Shown here: positions 47,958 through 57,184 of the stretch, in pieces | Position numbering within the stretch: the stretch's first letter is position 1 | How the letters are laid out: each line of letters starts with the position of its first letter | Source: an uncultured Lachnospiraceae bacterium | GTDB lineage: Bacteria; Bacillota; Clostridia; Lachnospirales; Lachnospiraceae | Length of the DNA: 64,000 nucleotides | Reading direction: 5' to 3' | NCBI GenBank assembly: GCA_949840805.1 | Contig: CATKXR010000018.1 | Coordinates: 4,096-68,095, forward strand | Notes under the pieces: model-generated | What the model was told of the DNA's origin: nothing | Databases searched by the model: none | What the model saw: the letters and a program-made list of their open reading frames with translations, nothing else | Made by a program: the position numbers and the translations under genes

Positions 47958-49091
47958 ATGGACAGAAGGACAAAACAAAATTTATTGGTAACAATTATTG
48001 GTATTATGGTGTTTGCGGCGCTGATGAAACTGCCGGCAGTATTGAGTTTTGCGGAAAAAATCATTACTTTGATGCTTCCGGTAATCGCCGGCGGCATTCT
48101 GGCATTATTTATCAGCGTGCCGGCAAACGGGGTGGAAAAACGCTTGAAAAGGATTTTGGGAAAAACAAAAAAACAGCCTTCTGCCAAGCGGATTCAGAGG
48201 ATCAGCCTGATCCTTACCATAAGCGGTATTTTGTTTGTGTTTCTTTTGGTTTTGACGCTGCTTATTCCAGAGATTATCCGTTCATCCCAGAGCGTGTATG
48301 TGCAGATAAAGGCTGGTATTCCGGGCTGGTTTGAATATCTGGACGGACAGGACCCGGATATTCAATGGCTGGAGGAAATCATTTGGGACATGGATTGGGA
48401 GAAGCTGATGGAAACTTTTTCCAATGGTGTGGATGTGCTTTTTGCCAATGTTTTCAATGCGCTTTCTCTCACGGTTAATATTATGGGAACCGTTGTTTTT
48501 GCGGTCATTATCTGTATCTATATGTTGTTGGAAAAGGAGCGCCTTGGCAGACATGCCAGGAAGCTGGCTCACGCCTATTTAAATCCTGTGTGGGAGGAAA
48601 AGCTTCTTCATTTCTGTACGGTTTTTCGTCAGTCGTTTACGAATTTTTTGTCCAGCCAGTGCTGTGAGGCCGTGATTCTCGGGGTACTGATGTTTTTAGC
48701 TTTTGTGGTGTTCCGGCTGCCATACGGTAGTCTGGCAGGACTGCTGACGGCGGTATGCGCCATCATTCCTTATATAGGCGCCTTGATCTCCTGTGTCGTC
48801 AGTGTGTTTCTTACCTTGCTGGCCGCCCCGTCAGCAGTGATCCGCTGCCTGGTTGTGTATCTGGCAGTGCAGTTTATAGAAAATCAGTTTATTTATCCCC
48901 GGGTGGTGGGCGGTTCCGTGGGGCTCCCGCCTCTTTATACCCTGGTTGCCGCCATGGTGGGCGGGAAGCTTTTTGGCATTATGGGGATTATATTTTTTAT
49001 CCCTCTGGCGGCTGTTGTGATTGAGCTGGTGAAGGAAGATGCAATGTATCGGGTGCGGAGGAAGGAAGCTTTGACAGAGGATAAGGACTGA
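47958..49091 (+). CDS. AI-2E family transporter
   Basis: IPYIG, QFIENQFIYPRVVG..VGLP, GGKLFG..G..FFIP. Confidence 0.9.
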   Translation: MDRRTKQNLLVTIIGIMVFAALMKLPAVLSFAEKIITLMLPVIAGGILALFISVPANGVEKRLKRILGKTKKQPSAKRIQRISLILTISGILFVFLLVLTLLIPEIIRSSQSVYVQIKAGIPGWFEYLDGQDPDIQWLEEIIWDMDWEKLMETFSNGVDVLFANVFNALSLTVNIMGTVVFAVIICIYMLLEKERLGRHARKLAHAYLNPVWEEKLLHFCTVFRQSFTNFLSSQCCEAVILGVLMFLAFVVFRLPYGSLAGLLTAVCAIIPYIGALISCVVSVFLTLLAAPSAVIRCLVVYLAVQFIENQFIYPRVVGGSVGLPPLYTLVAAMVGGKLFGIMGIIFFIPLAAVVIELVKEDAMYRVRRKEALTEDKD

Positions 49092-49184
49092 GATTTTTAA
49101 CCCGATTTTTGTGCGCTTTTCACGAAATTTATCTTTTTTATCTCGTGCTCCCAAAGTACATGATTTGCGGGAAAACAATTGATT

Positions 49185-49463
49185 TCAACAATAGAATTTG
49201 ATTTCGTCTGTTACGAAAAATTTCTTCCATGCGGAACAGATAAGAAAAAACTGCGCCGATATAAATACCATTAGCTGATTTAATTCTTTCTTTGGAATCT
49301 GACTTCCGTTATTGGCTACAATACAGCCGCCTTTTTTTGTCAGCCATATTTTTGTACTATTTGGGGATGGTTTTCCTTTCGATATATGTATATGGATTGG
49401 TTCACCATCTTCATTCGACCAAAAGTAAATCTTATAACCGCTTACAGTGAATAAATTAGGCAA
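49185..49463 (-). CDS. DUF4160-type protein (putative toxin-antitoxin component)
   Basis: GYKIYFWSNE..EPIHIH...KIWL; TTG start overlaps the upstream stop. Confidence 0.75.
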   Translation of the reverse strand: MPNLFTVSGYKIYFWSNEDGEPIHIHISKGKPSPNSTKIWLTKKGGCIVANNGSQIPKKELNQLMVFISAQFFLICSAWKKFFVTDEIKFYC

Positions 49464-49725
49464 TCTGGATTCCTCCCTCTGCTGCATATTGATACAGCAA
49501 ATGCGCATTGCTTTGGAGTAATTGCTCAAATAGGGCAATTTCTTCATCCGAATACCCTTTTCTTTGAATCCATTTATATTCCGGGAGTTCACATCTTGCA
49601 TAATCGAAGCCGTCCTCTGTCGGCCGTTCAAAATGAACAATTACTTTCTGTACATCATTTTCTTCTATAATCTGCGAGTGGACAATCTCGGTTTCATCAA
49701 ATAGAGTCATGTATGGATACATCAT
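49456..49725 (-). CDS. Small acidic hypothetical protein coupled to the DUF4160 gene
   Basis: RBS AAGGAG; MMYPYMTL start; 8-nt overlap with the downstream gene. Confidence 0.75.
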   Translation of the reverse strand: MMYPYMTLFDETEIVHSQIIEENDVQKVIVHFERPTEDGFDYARCELPEYKWIQRKGYSDEEIALFEQLLQSNAHLLYQYAAEGGIQIA

Positions 49726-50106
49726 AGCTTTTATACTCCTTTCTTTGCTTTTATTATATCTCCGTCTATCACAAAATACAATCAGTATTTTCGACTGCAT
49801 CATTAGCAATCCACTGTACTAAGCCTTATATCTTCCTGTAAATCATAGGTTGTCAGTATCTCTGCTCATTGACGGAAAATTTTTGGATTTATATTACTGT
49901 AATTCCAACACTTTTAGGCTCCGGTATCCGGCTTTTTGAAAATGGAAAACGGGAGATTCCATTAAGACTGCTTCATACAGAGTCATATAATGGCATGACC
50001 GATTTGATCTATACGCGAAGATAATTTCCATCTTTTAATGGGATACCGCAGAGCCATAATTTTACCAGTTGTCACAGGAATATGATTACATTTCTAAAGA
50101 GAAATT

Positions 50107-51402
50107 TTACAAAAGATATGTTAAAAGTTGCTCCTCAAAAACCGTCACCGTATGTTTAACAAATTCCTTCCGCTTTTGACAATCAACAAGGCTGACAGCG
50201 CATGGATTCATATGTTTGAAATTCGGAACATCATCATAATCGGAATCCTGGCGTTTGCCGTTGGGATAACACCAGGTAAACCACCAGTCTGCGGGAGTGA
50301 TCACATCTCTGTTAAGATATCGGGCGGCCTCGTCTATGATTTTGGCAGTGATATCATTTACCTGACATCCTTTCAGATTCCCGTCCTTTGAGGCGGCTTC
50401 TGTGTCAAACAGAGAAATTCCGGCAAAAAGATTATGCTCAATCTCGATCCGAAACCACATCTGCAGGCTGCTCTTGGAAAAATGCGCTTTTTTAATCACA
50501 TAATTCAAACCGGGATAGGTACTGTAGCAGTCATAAAATTTCTCATGCTTTGTTTCTTCATAAGAATAGTAAAGGGCATCCTGTTCAAGTTCCAGCCCGT
50601 ATTTTGGAGAAATCTTTTCCATCTCTGTCTTGAAGTCATCAAACACAAGCCGTATAAGCCTGACCTTGGCGGCTTTCATGGATTTTTCGATTTGTATCCC
50701 TGCACGGAAAAAATCGGCAGACTCATATAATAATTCTAAGCTTTTTTCCATAATCTTTTCGGCCCTTCTGTCTGCAATGGAATGAACCGCTTCCATATAT
50801 TGCATGACGATATGCTTTATTGGTCCATCTAAACAGGCCAGCATCCTCTGCAGCCAATCCCATATGTCCTTTTCCCATGAAATACATGTTATCTTATGGG
50901 AGGGGACGATTTCATCTCCGTTTTTGTTTTTCCTGCTATAAAGAGAAGGCATGTTTCCAAACCGGGTCAGATAAACGATGGATGCATTGCTGTCTACTGT
51001 TTTTGCATATTCGTAATAATCATAGCATTGCCCTTTTTGTTCGCCGGCATAGATTTTAACTTCTATGGGAATAAAAAAACGGGAGTTCTCAATGACAATG
51101 TCAATCCTTCGCTCGCTGTCAATGACGAATTCTTTGAGGACATTCGTATGGGAGAGCAGGGTGTCGTTGACTGGATGTTTATTGATTACTTTTTCCAAAA
51201 AGGATTTTAGAAATAGTGTTCCGCATCCATGTGTCCCTTCAGGATTTAATAAATCGGTTAAAAACCGGCACATGATAACCTCTTTTTCGGTCACTTCCAA
51301 AATGCGGAAAATGTTATATTCTGACGGGGAATCATAAGGTGTAACTTCTTTATTTTTTATATGGGTGCTTACTCTTAACAGTAAATTTTTGTCATAGTCC
51401 AT
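50107..51402 (-). CDS. PD-(D/E)XK nuclease family protein (PDDEXK_4-like)
   Basis: LLNP.G.HG.G..FL..FL, RIDIVI....IPIEVKI.A.EQ..Q...Y, YLT..G. Confidence 0.85.
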   Translation of the reverse strand: MDYDKNLLLRVSTHIKNKEVTPYDSPSEYNIFRILEVTEKEVIMCRFLTDLLNPEGTHGCGTLFLKSFLEKVINKHPVNDTLLSHTNVLKEFVIDSERRIDIVIENSRFFIPIEVKIYAGEQKGQCYDYYEYAKTVDSNASIVYLTRFGNMPSLYSRKNKNGDEIVPSHKITCISWEKDIWDWLQRMLACLDGPIKHIVMQYMEAVHSIADRRAEKIMEKSLELLYESADFFRAGIQIEKSMKAAKVRLIRLVFDDFKTEMEKISPKYGLELEQDALYYSYEETKHEKFYDCYSTYPGLNYVIKKAHFSKSSLQMWFRIEIEHNLFAGISLFDTEAASKDGNLKGCQVNDITAKIIDEAARYLNRDVITPADWWFTWCYPNGKRQDSDYDDVPNFKHMNPCAVSLVDCQKRKEFVKHTVTVFEEQLLTYLL

Positions 51403-51481
51403 ATCGGGTTTTCCTCACTTTCTGGCAGAATAGATGGAAAATTGAAACATTTCAGGGAAAATTCAGAAAAGAAAAATTTTA

Positions 51482-51510
51482 TTGACTTCATCTTGGTAAA
51501 ATGGTATTAT
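51482..51510 (+). promoter_or_regulatory. Strong SigA-type promoter facing the 3' end of the small membrane peptide gene
   Basis: TTGACT-17 nt-TATTAT with extended TG; A/T-rich upstream. Confidence 0.75.
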
Positions 51511-51516
51511 GAAGTT

Positions 51517-51623
51517 GAAAAAAGGCGGCGATAAAGCTGCCGCCCTTAGTTGATTAACGGTTGCCTAAGCAATCGCCATCCGACCCATCAGTTGCTGGCA
51601 GGCTCGCTGATGGGTCTTTCTTT
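51517..51623 (+). ncRNA. Candidate cis-antisense antitoxin RNA (~105 nt)
   Basis: Bounded by the promoter at 51482-51510 and the terminator hairpin GACCCATCAG...CTGATGGGTC-TTTCTTT (51582-51623); no ORF. Confidence 0.6.
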
Positions 51624-51748
51624 GTCTGTTCCTTGTGCCGTTTTATGTAAGGTTTACACTTTTCGACTAATGTGATTAACCCGCTAAGGCCTCCCACAAC
51701 GCCTGCAAAGATACTTACAACACGGTTCAGGACTTCTAAGAAGAACAT
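51554..51748 (-). CDS. Candidate type I toxin (single TM helix plus basic tail, 64 aa)
   Basis: RBS AAAGGAGG; hydrophobic VVSIFAGVVGGLSGLITLV then KCKPYIKRHK; own terminator at 51518-51547 on the minus strand. Confidence 0.65.
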   Translation of the reverse strand: MFFLEVLNRVVSIFAGVVGGLSGLITLVEKCKPYIKRHKEQTKKDPSASLPATDGSDGDCLGNR

Positions 51749-52036
51749 TGACCACATCCTCCTTTCTCTGGTGTTTGCACACCTGTGGCATGATCTTAAG
51801 AGATCCTAAGGTCATCCCAAAGGTGTGCCTTCGCCAAATGGGGAGCGCTTACCCGCTTTCTCTGATGTCTCCAGCCTGCTTTCTGTTCCTTACGGAATTT
51901 CCAACAGGTAAAACTATTATAAAGGATTCGGGGAGACAATGGAATACTTGAAAGTATAAAATTTGTCGAAAGATAATCTTTTCAATATGTATTTGTCTAT
52001 ATCTTTGCGTGCGGAGGTTGATGCTGTTTACAGTTA

Positions 52037-52303
52037 TTCCAAAGGGTCCGCCTGTTCTGTTTCCCGGGGTACGGGTAACAGAACAGGCTACGTTTTTGGT
52101 CGTTCTGCGAATCAATGCTATTTCTGTTTCTTTAAGTCGAGCCAGTAACGTAGCAGGAGAAGAAGGATAGAACGTTTGAAGACCCTCTTTTCACGTCGGC
52201 ACTTAGGCTGTGTCTTTTACAGCCTTAGTACCGCTACGTGAAAAACGGAGTGGGAACGTGTCTGAAAACGTTCTATCCTTCTTCTCCTGCGGACCCTTCG
52301 GAA
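52037..52303 (-). ncRNA. Structured four-way-junction element (ncRNA or ssDNA structure)
   Basis: Four contiguous stems meeting at GC dinucleotides; two mismatches become G-U/G-T pairs only on the minus strand. Confidence 0.6.
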
Positions 52304-52462
52304 GAATTTTTAACTTAGGAACGGTGGATAGCAATATACGATAAGGTATAAAATTTCAACCATCCATTTTGACACGTCATATATCTGTCATTCTAAACAA
52401 TTCACGTGTGCTATGATTCCCATGTAAAACGAATATCAGGAAAAAAGGAGGAAGACAAAAGC

Positions 52463-53419
52463 ATGAAAAGCAGCGGCTTATCTGCGGAGTTAAATATCTA
52501 TGACTGGATTCTCTCAAAGGAAATTCGGGAGGACTGGAAAAGAAAGCCTCCTTTGTTGTTGATGGAGCAGGCACAAATTATTGCTTTTGCTTACCGGTCC
52601 GTCGAAGAAAAGCTTCAGGCCCTTGAGGGACTTTTTGAAAGGGAAAGGGACCTGGAGGAAAAGGAGAAAATGGAGCGGCTGATAGATTACTATAAAGCCG
52701 CAATCTGCCATATGCGGTCAGACAACAAGGCTTCGGAGAAACCGTATCCAAAGGAAATCTGGACGATCGAAATTTACTGTTATTATTGTAATTTGGGAAG
52801 TATGGGGGATAAGCATGAATTGGAGGAGCTCCATTTGGAATATTCCTATGAGGCAGCAAAAAAATGGATACAGGACTTAGATCGGGGAAATGCAGATGAA
52901 ATTTACAGTGTATGCAAATGGATTCTGGAAAAGAAAAAACCGAAATGTGTACTGGACTGTTCCTTAAGACTTGTGGGAGACAGGCTATGCACCACCCAGG
53001 TTTATCTTGATGAGTATAAGATGCCATTTCTTCTCTTTGACAGAAGGCTTCCTCATGGTCTTCCCTTTGCTATCGGGCAGTTGGTGAAATTGGAAGGACC
53101 TGTTTTTTTGGAATCATTGTTTGGCGTGTGGTGCGGAGAATATGGATTTGACGGGCGCTGGTATAACTATATGGGGTACATGGAGAGGGAAGATGGCAGT
53201 GAAATACCTGTTTTTACTGCCCGGAATATGGGGTATCACGATATAGAATTTCATGAGAATTTCAGTGTTTTGGACTGGCTTCATTCCGCCTCTGAGGAGG
53301 AACTTCCGGAGGAACAAAAGGCTTTGGGAGCCATTGCAGGGGAGATCAGCAGCATAAGAGAACAGAGAGGGGAGGAAGAAGCGGCCGGAAGATTTAAGGA
53401 GATTTTTATGCAGGATTAG
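52463..53419 (+). CDS. Hypothetical protein, unknown family A paralogue 1
   Basis: RBS AAGGAGG; N-terminal motif shared with the 54975 and 60349 ORFs. Confidence 0.8.
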   Translation: MKSSGLSAELNIYDWILSKEIREDWKRKPPLLLMEQAQIIAFAYRSVEEKLQALEGLFERERDLEEKEKMERLIDYYKAAICHMRSDNKASEKPYPKEIWTIEIYCYYCNLGSMGDKHELEELHLEYSYEAAKKWIQDLDRGNADEIYSVCKWILEKKKPKCVLDCSLRLVGDRLCTTQVYLDEYKMPFLLFDRRLPHGLPFAIGQLVKLEGPVFLESLFGVWCGEYGFDGRWYNYMGYMEREDGSEIPVFTARNMGYHDIEFHENFSVLDWLHSASEEELPEEQKALGAIAGEISSIREQRGEEEAAGRFKEIFMQD

Positions 53420-53551
53420 AAGAAAACGCTGGGGTGAACGATTGAAAAACGGGTGAATTTCAGACAGGAAAGCAGGAGAGAGGGATTGGGGATTGTGCCG
53501 GCGGTTCAGTACAAATTGGTTTGGAGGAGATATAATAGAAGGCGGCTGTTT

Positions 53552-53890
53552 TTACAATTCTTCAATATGGCCGGCCAGTATTCTTACGGTACGCCAGAAC
53601 CGGCTTCTTTTGGCAGGGTCGGTTCCTTTTAAGAACGAGGCAATCTCCGGGGGGAGGGCGGTTTCCTGTTCCATGCGGTCAAAGAGCAGGGAGTCAGCGC
53701 TGATGCCCAGTACGGATGCGATTCTGAACAGACTTTCTACAGATAGTTTTCGGGAACCGCGCTCGATGTGGCCTACAAAAGAGGTTGACAAATCACAGGC
53801 CTCACCCAGTTGTTCCTGGGTCAGACCGATCTGCTCCCGTTGTCTGCGGATTCTTGCGCCGATTTCAAGATAATTGATGGAATCGTTCAT
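53552..53890 (-). CDS. XRE family HTH regulator
   Basis: IG.RIR..RE..GLTQEQL.E...LS...VG.IERG...S; RBS AAGGAGG. Confidence 0.9.
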   Translation of the reverse strand: MNDSINYLEIGARIRRQREQIGLTQEQLGEACDLSTSFVGHIERGSRKLSVESLFRIASVLGISADSLLFDRMEQETALPPEIASFLKGTDPAKRSRFWRTVRILAGHIEEL

Positions 53891-54018
53891 GAAAACCTCC
53901 TTAAACCAATGCACCTTTCCTTATTAGTATACACGGATAAAAAGACTTGATAAATGAACTAAAAGAAGTATCATATAAACTATAAGAATTCTTGGATAAA
54001 AGCGAACAGGAGGCGCTG

Positions 54019-54435
54019 ATGAAAAAGAATACGGAGGAACTGGTAAATGAGATTATTGAGGGAAAGAATATGGCGGAATATCTTGCCTCCAATGCAGAGG
54101 AATTTTTGGATATTCCGCTTTGCGCCCATCTGAAAGAATTGCTGAAAAGAAAGGGGATGCGGGTGTCTCAGGTGGCTGACAGGTCCAATAAGGGGGAGTA
54201 CATTTATCAGGTGTTTCGGGGAATTAAAAATCCGGGCAGGGATGTGGTCCTGTGCATTGCGTTGGCCATGAAGCTGGATTTGGAGGAAACTCAGCATTTG
54301 CTTCGGATTGGACGTATGGTCTGTCTGGATGCGAGAAACAGGAAGGACTCTATCGTTATATTCGGGATTGTGCGGGGAATTTCCGTGGCAGAGGTCAATG
54401 ATATTCTTTATGAGTTCGGCGAGGATTGTTTATAG
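54019..54435 (+). CDS. HTH-like DNA-binding protein
   Basis: L..LL...GM..SQVA......YIYQVFRG.KNPGRD..L.IALA.KL; RBS AGGAGG. Confidence 0.75.
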   Translation: MKKNTEELVNEIIEGKNMAEYLASNAEEFLDIPLCAHLKELLKRKGMRVSQVADRSNKGEYIYQVFRGIKNPGRDVVLCIALAMKLDLEETQHLLRIGRMVCLDARNRKDSIVIFGIVRGISVAEVNDILYEFGEDCL

Positions 54436-54469
54436 GAAGAATATTTATTTGAGAGAAGGAGGAATTTTT

Positions 54470-54907
54470 ATGGAGAGAATCAGAATGGAAAACGGAAAGA
54501 AAATGGAAGAAATTCTAAAGGTTGTGGGTCCTGCCGGGGCTACGATCCAGAAAGAGGGGCAATGGGATTTTGCGGTTTATATTGAGGATGAAGATGAAGA
54601 ATCTATCTTGATTGAGATGTGTGAGAAGAAGGATTACAAGGGCGATCTGATTATGGATCCTTTTATGAGAATTTGTCTGGAAAAGGACAAAGACGGTCAT
54701 ATTACCCAGGCAATCCCCAAGGCTTACCAGTCGGATAGTCTGGTTATGGGGAGAACGGATATTAATGAAAAGGGAGAGATTTTTTTGAATTTGAAATTGA
54801 TGGAGACAAAGCCAGGGGAACTGGACCGGAGATTGGAGAGCTGGCTCCATTCGATTGACGGGATTGGTTATCTCACAGAGCCGGATAAGATTATATTTCA
54901 TGAGTAA
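54470..54907 (+). CDS. Hypothetical protein with GDL.MDP.M motif (DUF1249/DUF6908-like)
   Basis: RBS AAGGAGG; GDLIMDPFM and W..SI...GY motifs. Confidence 0.65.
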   Translation: MERIRMENGKKMEEILKVVGPAGATIQKEGQWDFAVYIEDEDEESILIEMCEKKDYKGDLIMDPFMRICLEKDKDGHITQAIPKAYQSDSLVMGRTDINEKGEIFLNLKLMETKPGELDRRLESWLHSIDGIGYLTEPDKIIFHE

Positions 54908-54974
54908 ATCTTTATGTGTCTGCCCGGCGGCCAACTGTGTTCGATGGCTAATTAGTAAGGAAAGGAAAACGTAT

Positions 54975-55686
54975 ATGAATCTATATGATTTTATGAATTC
55001 AAAGGCTGTCAGCGATTATTGCCAGAAGATAGGGCATAAATTCACGCCGGTTCAGGCAGCTTTTCTGGTGAACAGAAGCGTTTTGCATACCCTGAAAGAG
55101 AAGCACCAGGCATTTTGCTATATTATGGAACATATGCCGGATGAAGAAACCAATTCCTGCGTTCGCCATATGGATGACGGGCAGACCTGCAAAGCGGGGA
55201 TTCGCTGGCTTTTGAGCCGGTATATGGAGCTTCAGAATAAATATTTGGAAGAATTTTTTAGAGATGGGGATCATCAGGTTTATAGATACAGAGTCTATCG
55301 TTCTTGGGATGATTACTGGGAAGGTGAGGGTTGTCATAGTGTTGATTCTGTATTTTCCAACATTGATCAGGAGATTTCTTCGGATGATGAGGTGGTTCAA
55401 ATCCGGGTCTGCAAGTCGAAAATGGATGGAAGCAGTCAGTCAATCCTGGTTTGTTTCAACGGAAAGAGGGAGGTAACAGACATTGACATGGAAGGGGCGT
55501 GGGGGATGTCTGAGGAAGATGCGAATATTGAAGGCAGTAAGCAATTATCTGAAAGGTGAGATTGATTTGACGCTGGTGCTTAATGCTTACTATTTAATCA
55601 TGTGTGAAGAAAATGCAAAAGGGAATAAAAGACGTATGAATATTACTCATGAGGGATTGAGGCTTGCGGGGCTTTTGGAGGGATGA
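54975..55686 (+). pseudogene. Family A paralogue 2, apparently frameshifted or internally deleted
   Basis: ORF stops at 55559, while a protein-like tail (LKAVSNYLKGEIDL...GLRLAGLLEG) continues in another frame to 55686. Confidence 0.6.
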
Positions 55687-55694
55687 TATATACT

Positions 55695-55741
55695 ATAAGC
55701 ATTGTTATATTGACTAAAAGAATTATAAATGCTATGCTTAT
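55695..55741 (+). promoter_or_regulatory. SigA-type promoter bracketed by an 8-bp inverted repeat
   Basis: TTGACT(55710-55715)-17 nt-TATGCT; ATAAGCAT/ATGCTTAT. Confidence 0.6.
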
Positions 55742-55772
55742 GGAAAATTGAGAAATAGGAGGATACCTGGGA

Positions 55773-56483
55773 ATGGTTAATTTTTTGGTTACTTTTTTTC
55801 TGGGATTTTTTGGGGTGCATCGGTTTATACAGAAAAAATATGTGACAGGGTTTATCTGGTTTTTTACTTTTGGACTATTTGGGGTTGGATGGTTTGTGGA
55901 TGTGTGTATTGCCTTTTACCATATGGTTAAGGGGGGAGATAAAGAGGGGGATAAAGCAGGAGAGGCGGGGCAGGCGGTTCAGCCGCAGGCAGAACAAAGA
56001 GAGCAGCAGGAAGCAGGTCAGGGAACACAGAGCGAGCAGCAGGAGGCAAGGCAGGCGATACAGGCGGCGCAGTCCCAACCCTCCGGTCAGACGGGAGAAG
56101 GTGAGAAAAAGGGATTTTGGGCGGAGGTGAAAGAAAAGGCGATTAAAAACCGGCAGGAAGCAGCCATACGGGCCGCATATAAAAAGGAAGAAGAGAAGCG
56201 GAAACCCAAGATTAAAAAAATCAGACATACGAGAGCATTTACACCAGAGGAACGACAGACCCTTGATATGTTGAATATGGAAATTATAAAGATGGAAAGC
56301 GATTATAAAAACAAGAGAATAACAGACAATTCAGGTGTTTTGAGATTATTGTTTCAGAAGAAAGCAATTGAAAGCAGGGCGGAATGGTACGAAACCATAG
56401 AACTTCCTCCGGAGGTGGACCCTGATACTCCCATTTATGTGGATGAGGAAGCTATCCGTAACAGTATTACAGGATTATTTTAA
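55773..56483 (+). CDS. TM2 (NINE) domain membrane protein with Q/E/A-rich linker
   Basis: FLGFFGVHRF...K...G.IW.FTFGLFGVGWFVD. Confidence 0.85.
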   Translation: MVNFLVTFFLGFFGVHRFIQKKYVTGFIWFFTFGLFGVGWFVDVCIAFYHMVKGGDKEGDKAGEAGQAVQPQAEQREQQEAGQGTQSEQQEARQAIQAAQSQPSGQTGEGEKKGFWAEVKEKAIKNRQEAAIRAAYKKEEEKRKPKIKKIRHTRAFTPEERQTLDMLNMEIIKMESDYKNKRITDNSGVLRLLFQKKAIESRAEWYETIELPPEVDPDTPIYVDEEAIRNSITGLF

Positions 56484-56530
56484 TATGGAACAAGGTTTTA
56501 CTTATCATAAGGGACGGGGAGGACCAGATA

Positions 56531-57184
56531 TTGGACAGGGAAGTGGTACGGCGCAAGATTAAAAGTCTTTTGGCTTTAGCGGAGAGTGATAATGAAAATG
56601 AGGCTTTGGCTGCTGCCCAGGCGGCCAGAAAGCTGATGATGAAATACCATATTTCTATGGGGGAAAATGAGTGGAAAGAGGACATAAAAAGGGGGGTAGT
56701 GATAAAGGAACTGCGATTCAAAAGGATACGGCTTTCCCAGCATCATTTGATGCTGGCTGCGGCTTTGTCAGAGAATTTTCGGTGCAGGGATTTTTACCGG
56801 CTGAAGCCTGTTTCCTGTATCTGTTTTGTTGGGTTTGAGGAAGATGCCCATGCTGTTTTGATGCTGATGGAGTATCTGGTTCGGTTTATGGAACAGGGGG
56901 CAAAGGCATACAGGGGGAACAGGAGTCAGGAACTTTCCTGGAGAGACGGATTTTGTGTGGGGGTTTACATATCGTTTAAGGAGCAGGACAGGGAAGAGAA
57001 GGGATATGAGATTATGACGGCCATACCCCGGGAGGTAAATGATGCATTTGGAAAGCTGAGGCTTAAAAAAGGAGCCAGCATCAGGCGGGCGGATTACAGG
57101 GCTTCGGATGGAGCGGCTTTTTCTTGCGGGGAGATGAGTGGGAGAAGGGCAGTCGATGGCCGGAGCATTTCCAGGGATTGCTAG
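56531..57184 (+). CDS. DUF2786-domain protein
   Basis: KIKSLLALA..DNENEA.AA...A.KLM.KY N-terminus; F.GF.ED; TTG start after GGAGG. Confidence 0.78.
   Translation: MDREVVRRKIKSLLALAESDNENEALAAAQAARKLMMKYHISMGENEWKEDIKRGVVIKELRFKRIRLSQHHLMLAAALSENFRCRDFYRLKPVSCICFVGFEEDAHAVLMLMEYLVRFMEQGAKAYRGNRSQELSWRDGFCVGVYISFKEQDREEKGYEIMTAIPREVNDAFGKLRLKKGASIRRADYRASDGAAFSCGEMSGRRAVDGRSISRDC

Noticed and set aside
49464-49640. N-terminal part of the 151-aa version of the DUF4160 ORF
   Set aside because: Overlaps the upstream gene in another frame; domain starts at TTG 49463
49930-49980. FENGKREIPLRLL, resembling an XRE HTH fragment
   Set aside because: Too short, with no start codon or RBS; at most a decayed remnant
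52037-52303. Retron msr-msd or DGR element
   Set aside because: No reverse transcriptase gene (no YADD-type RT motifs) anywhere in the window
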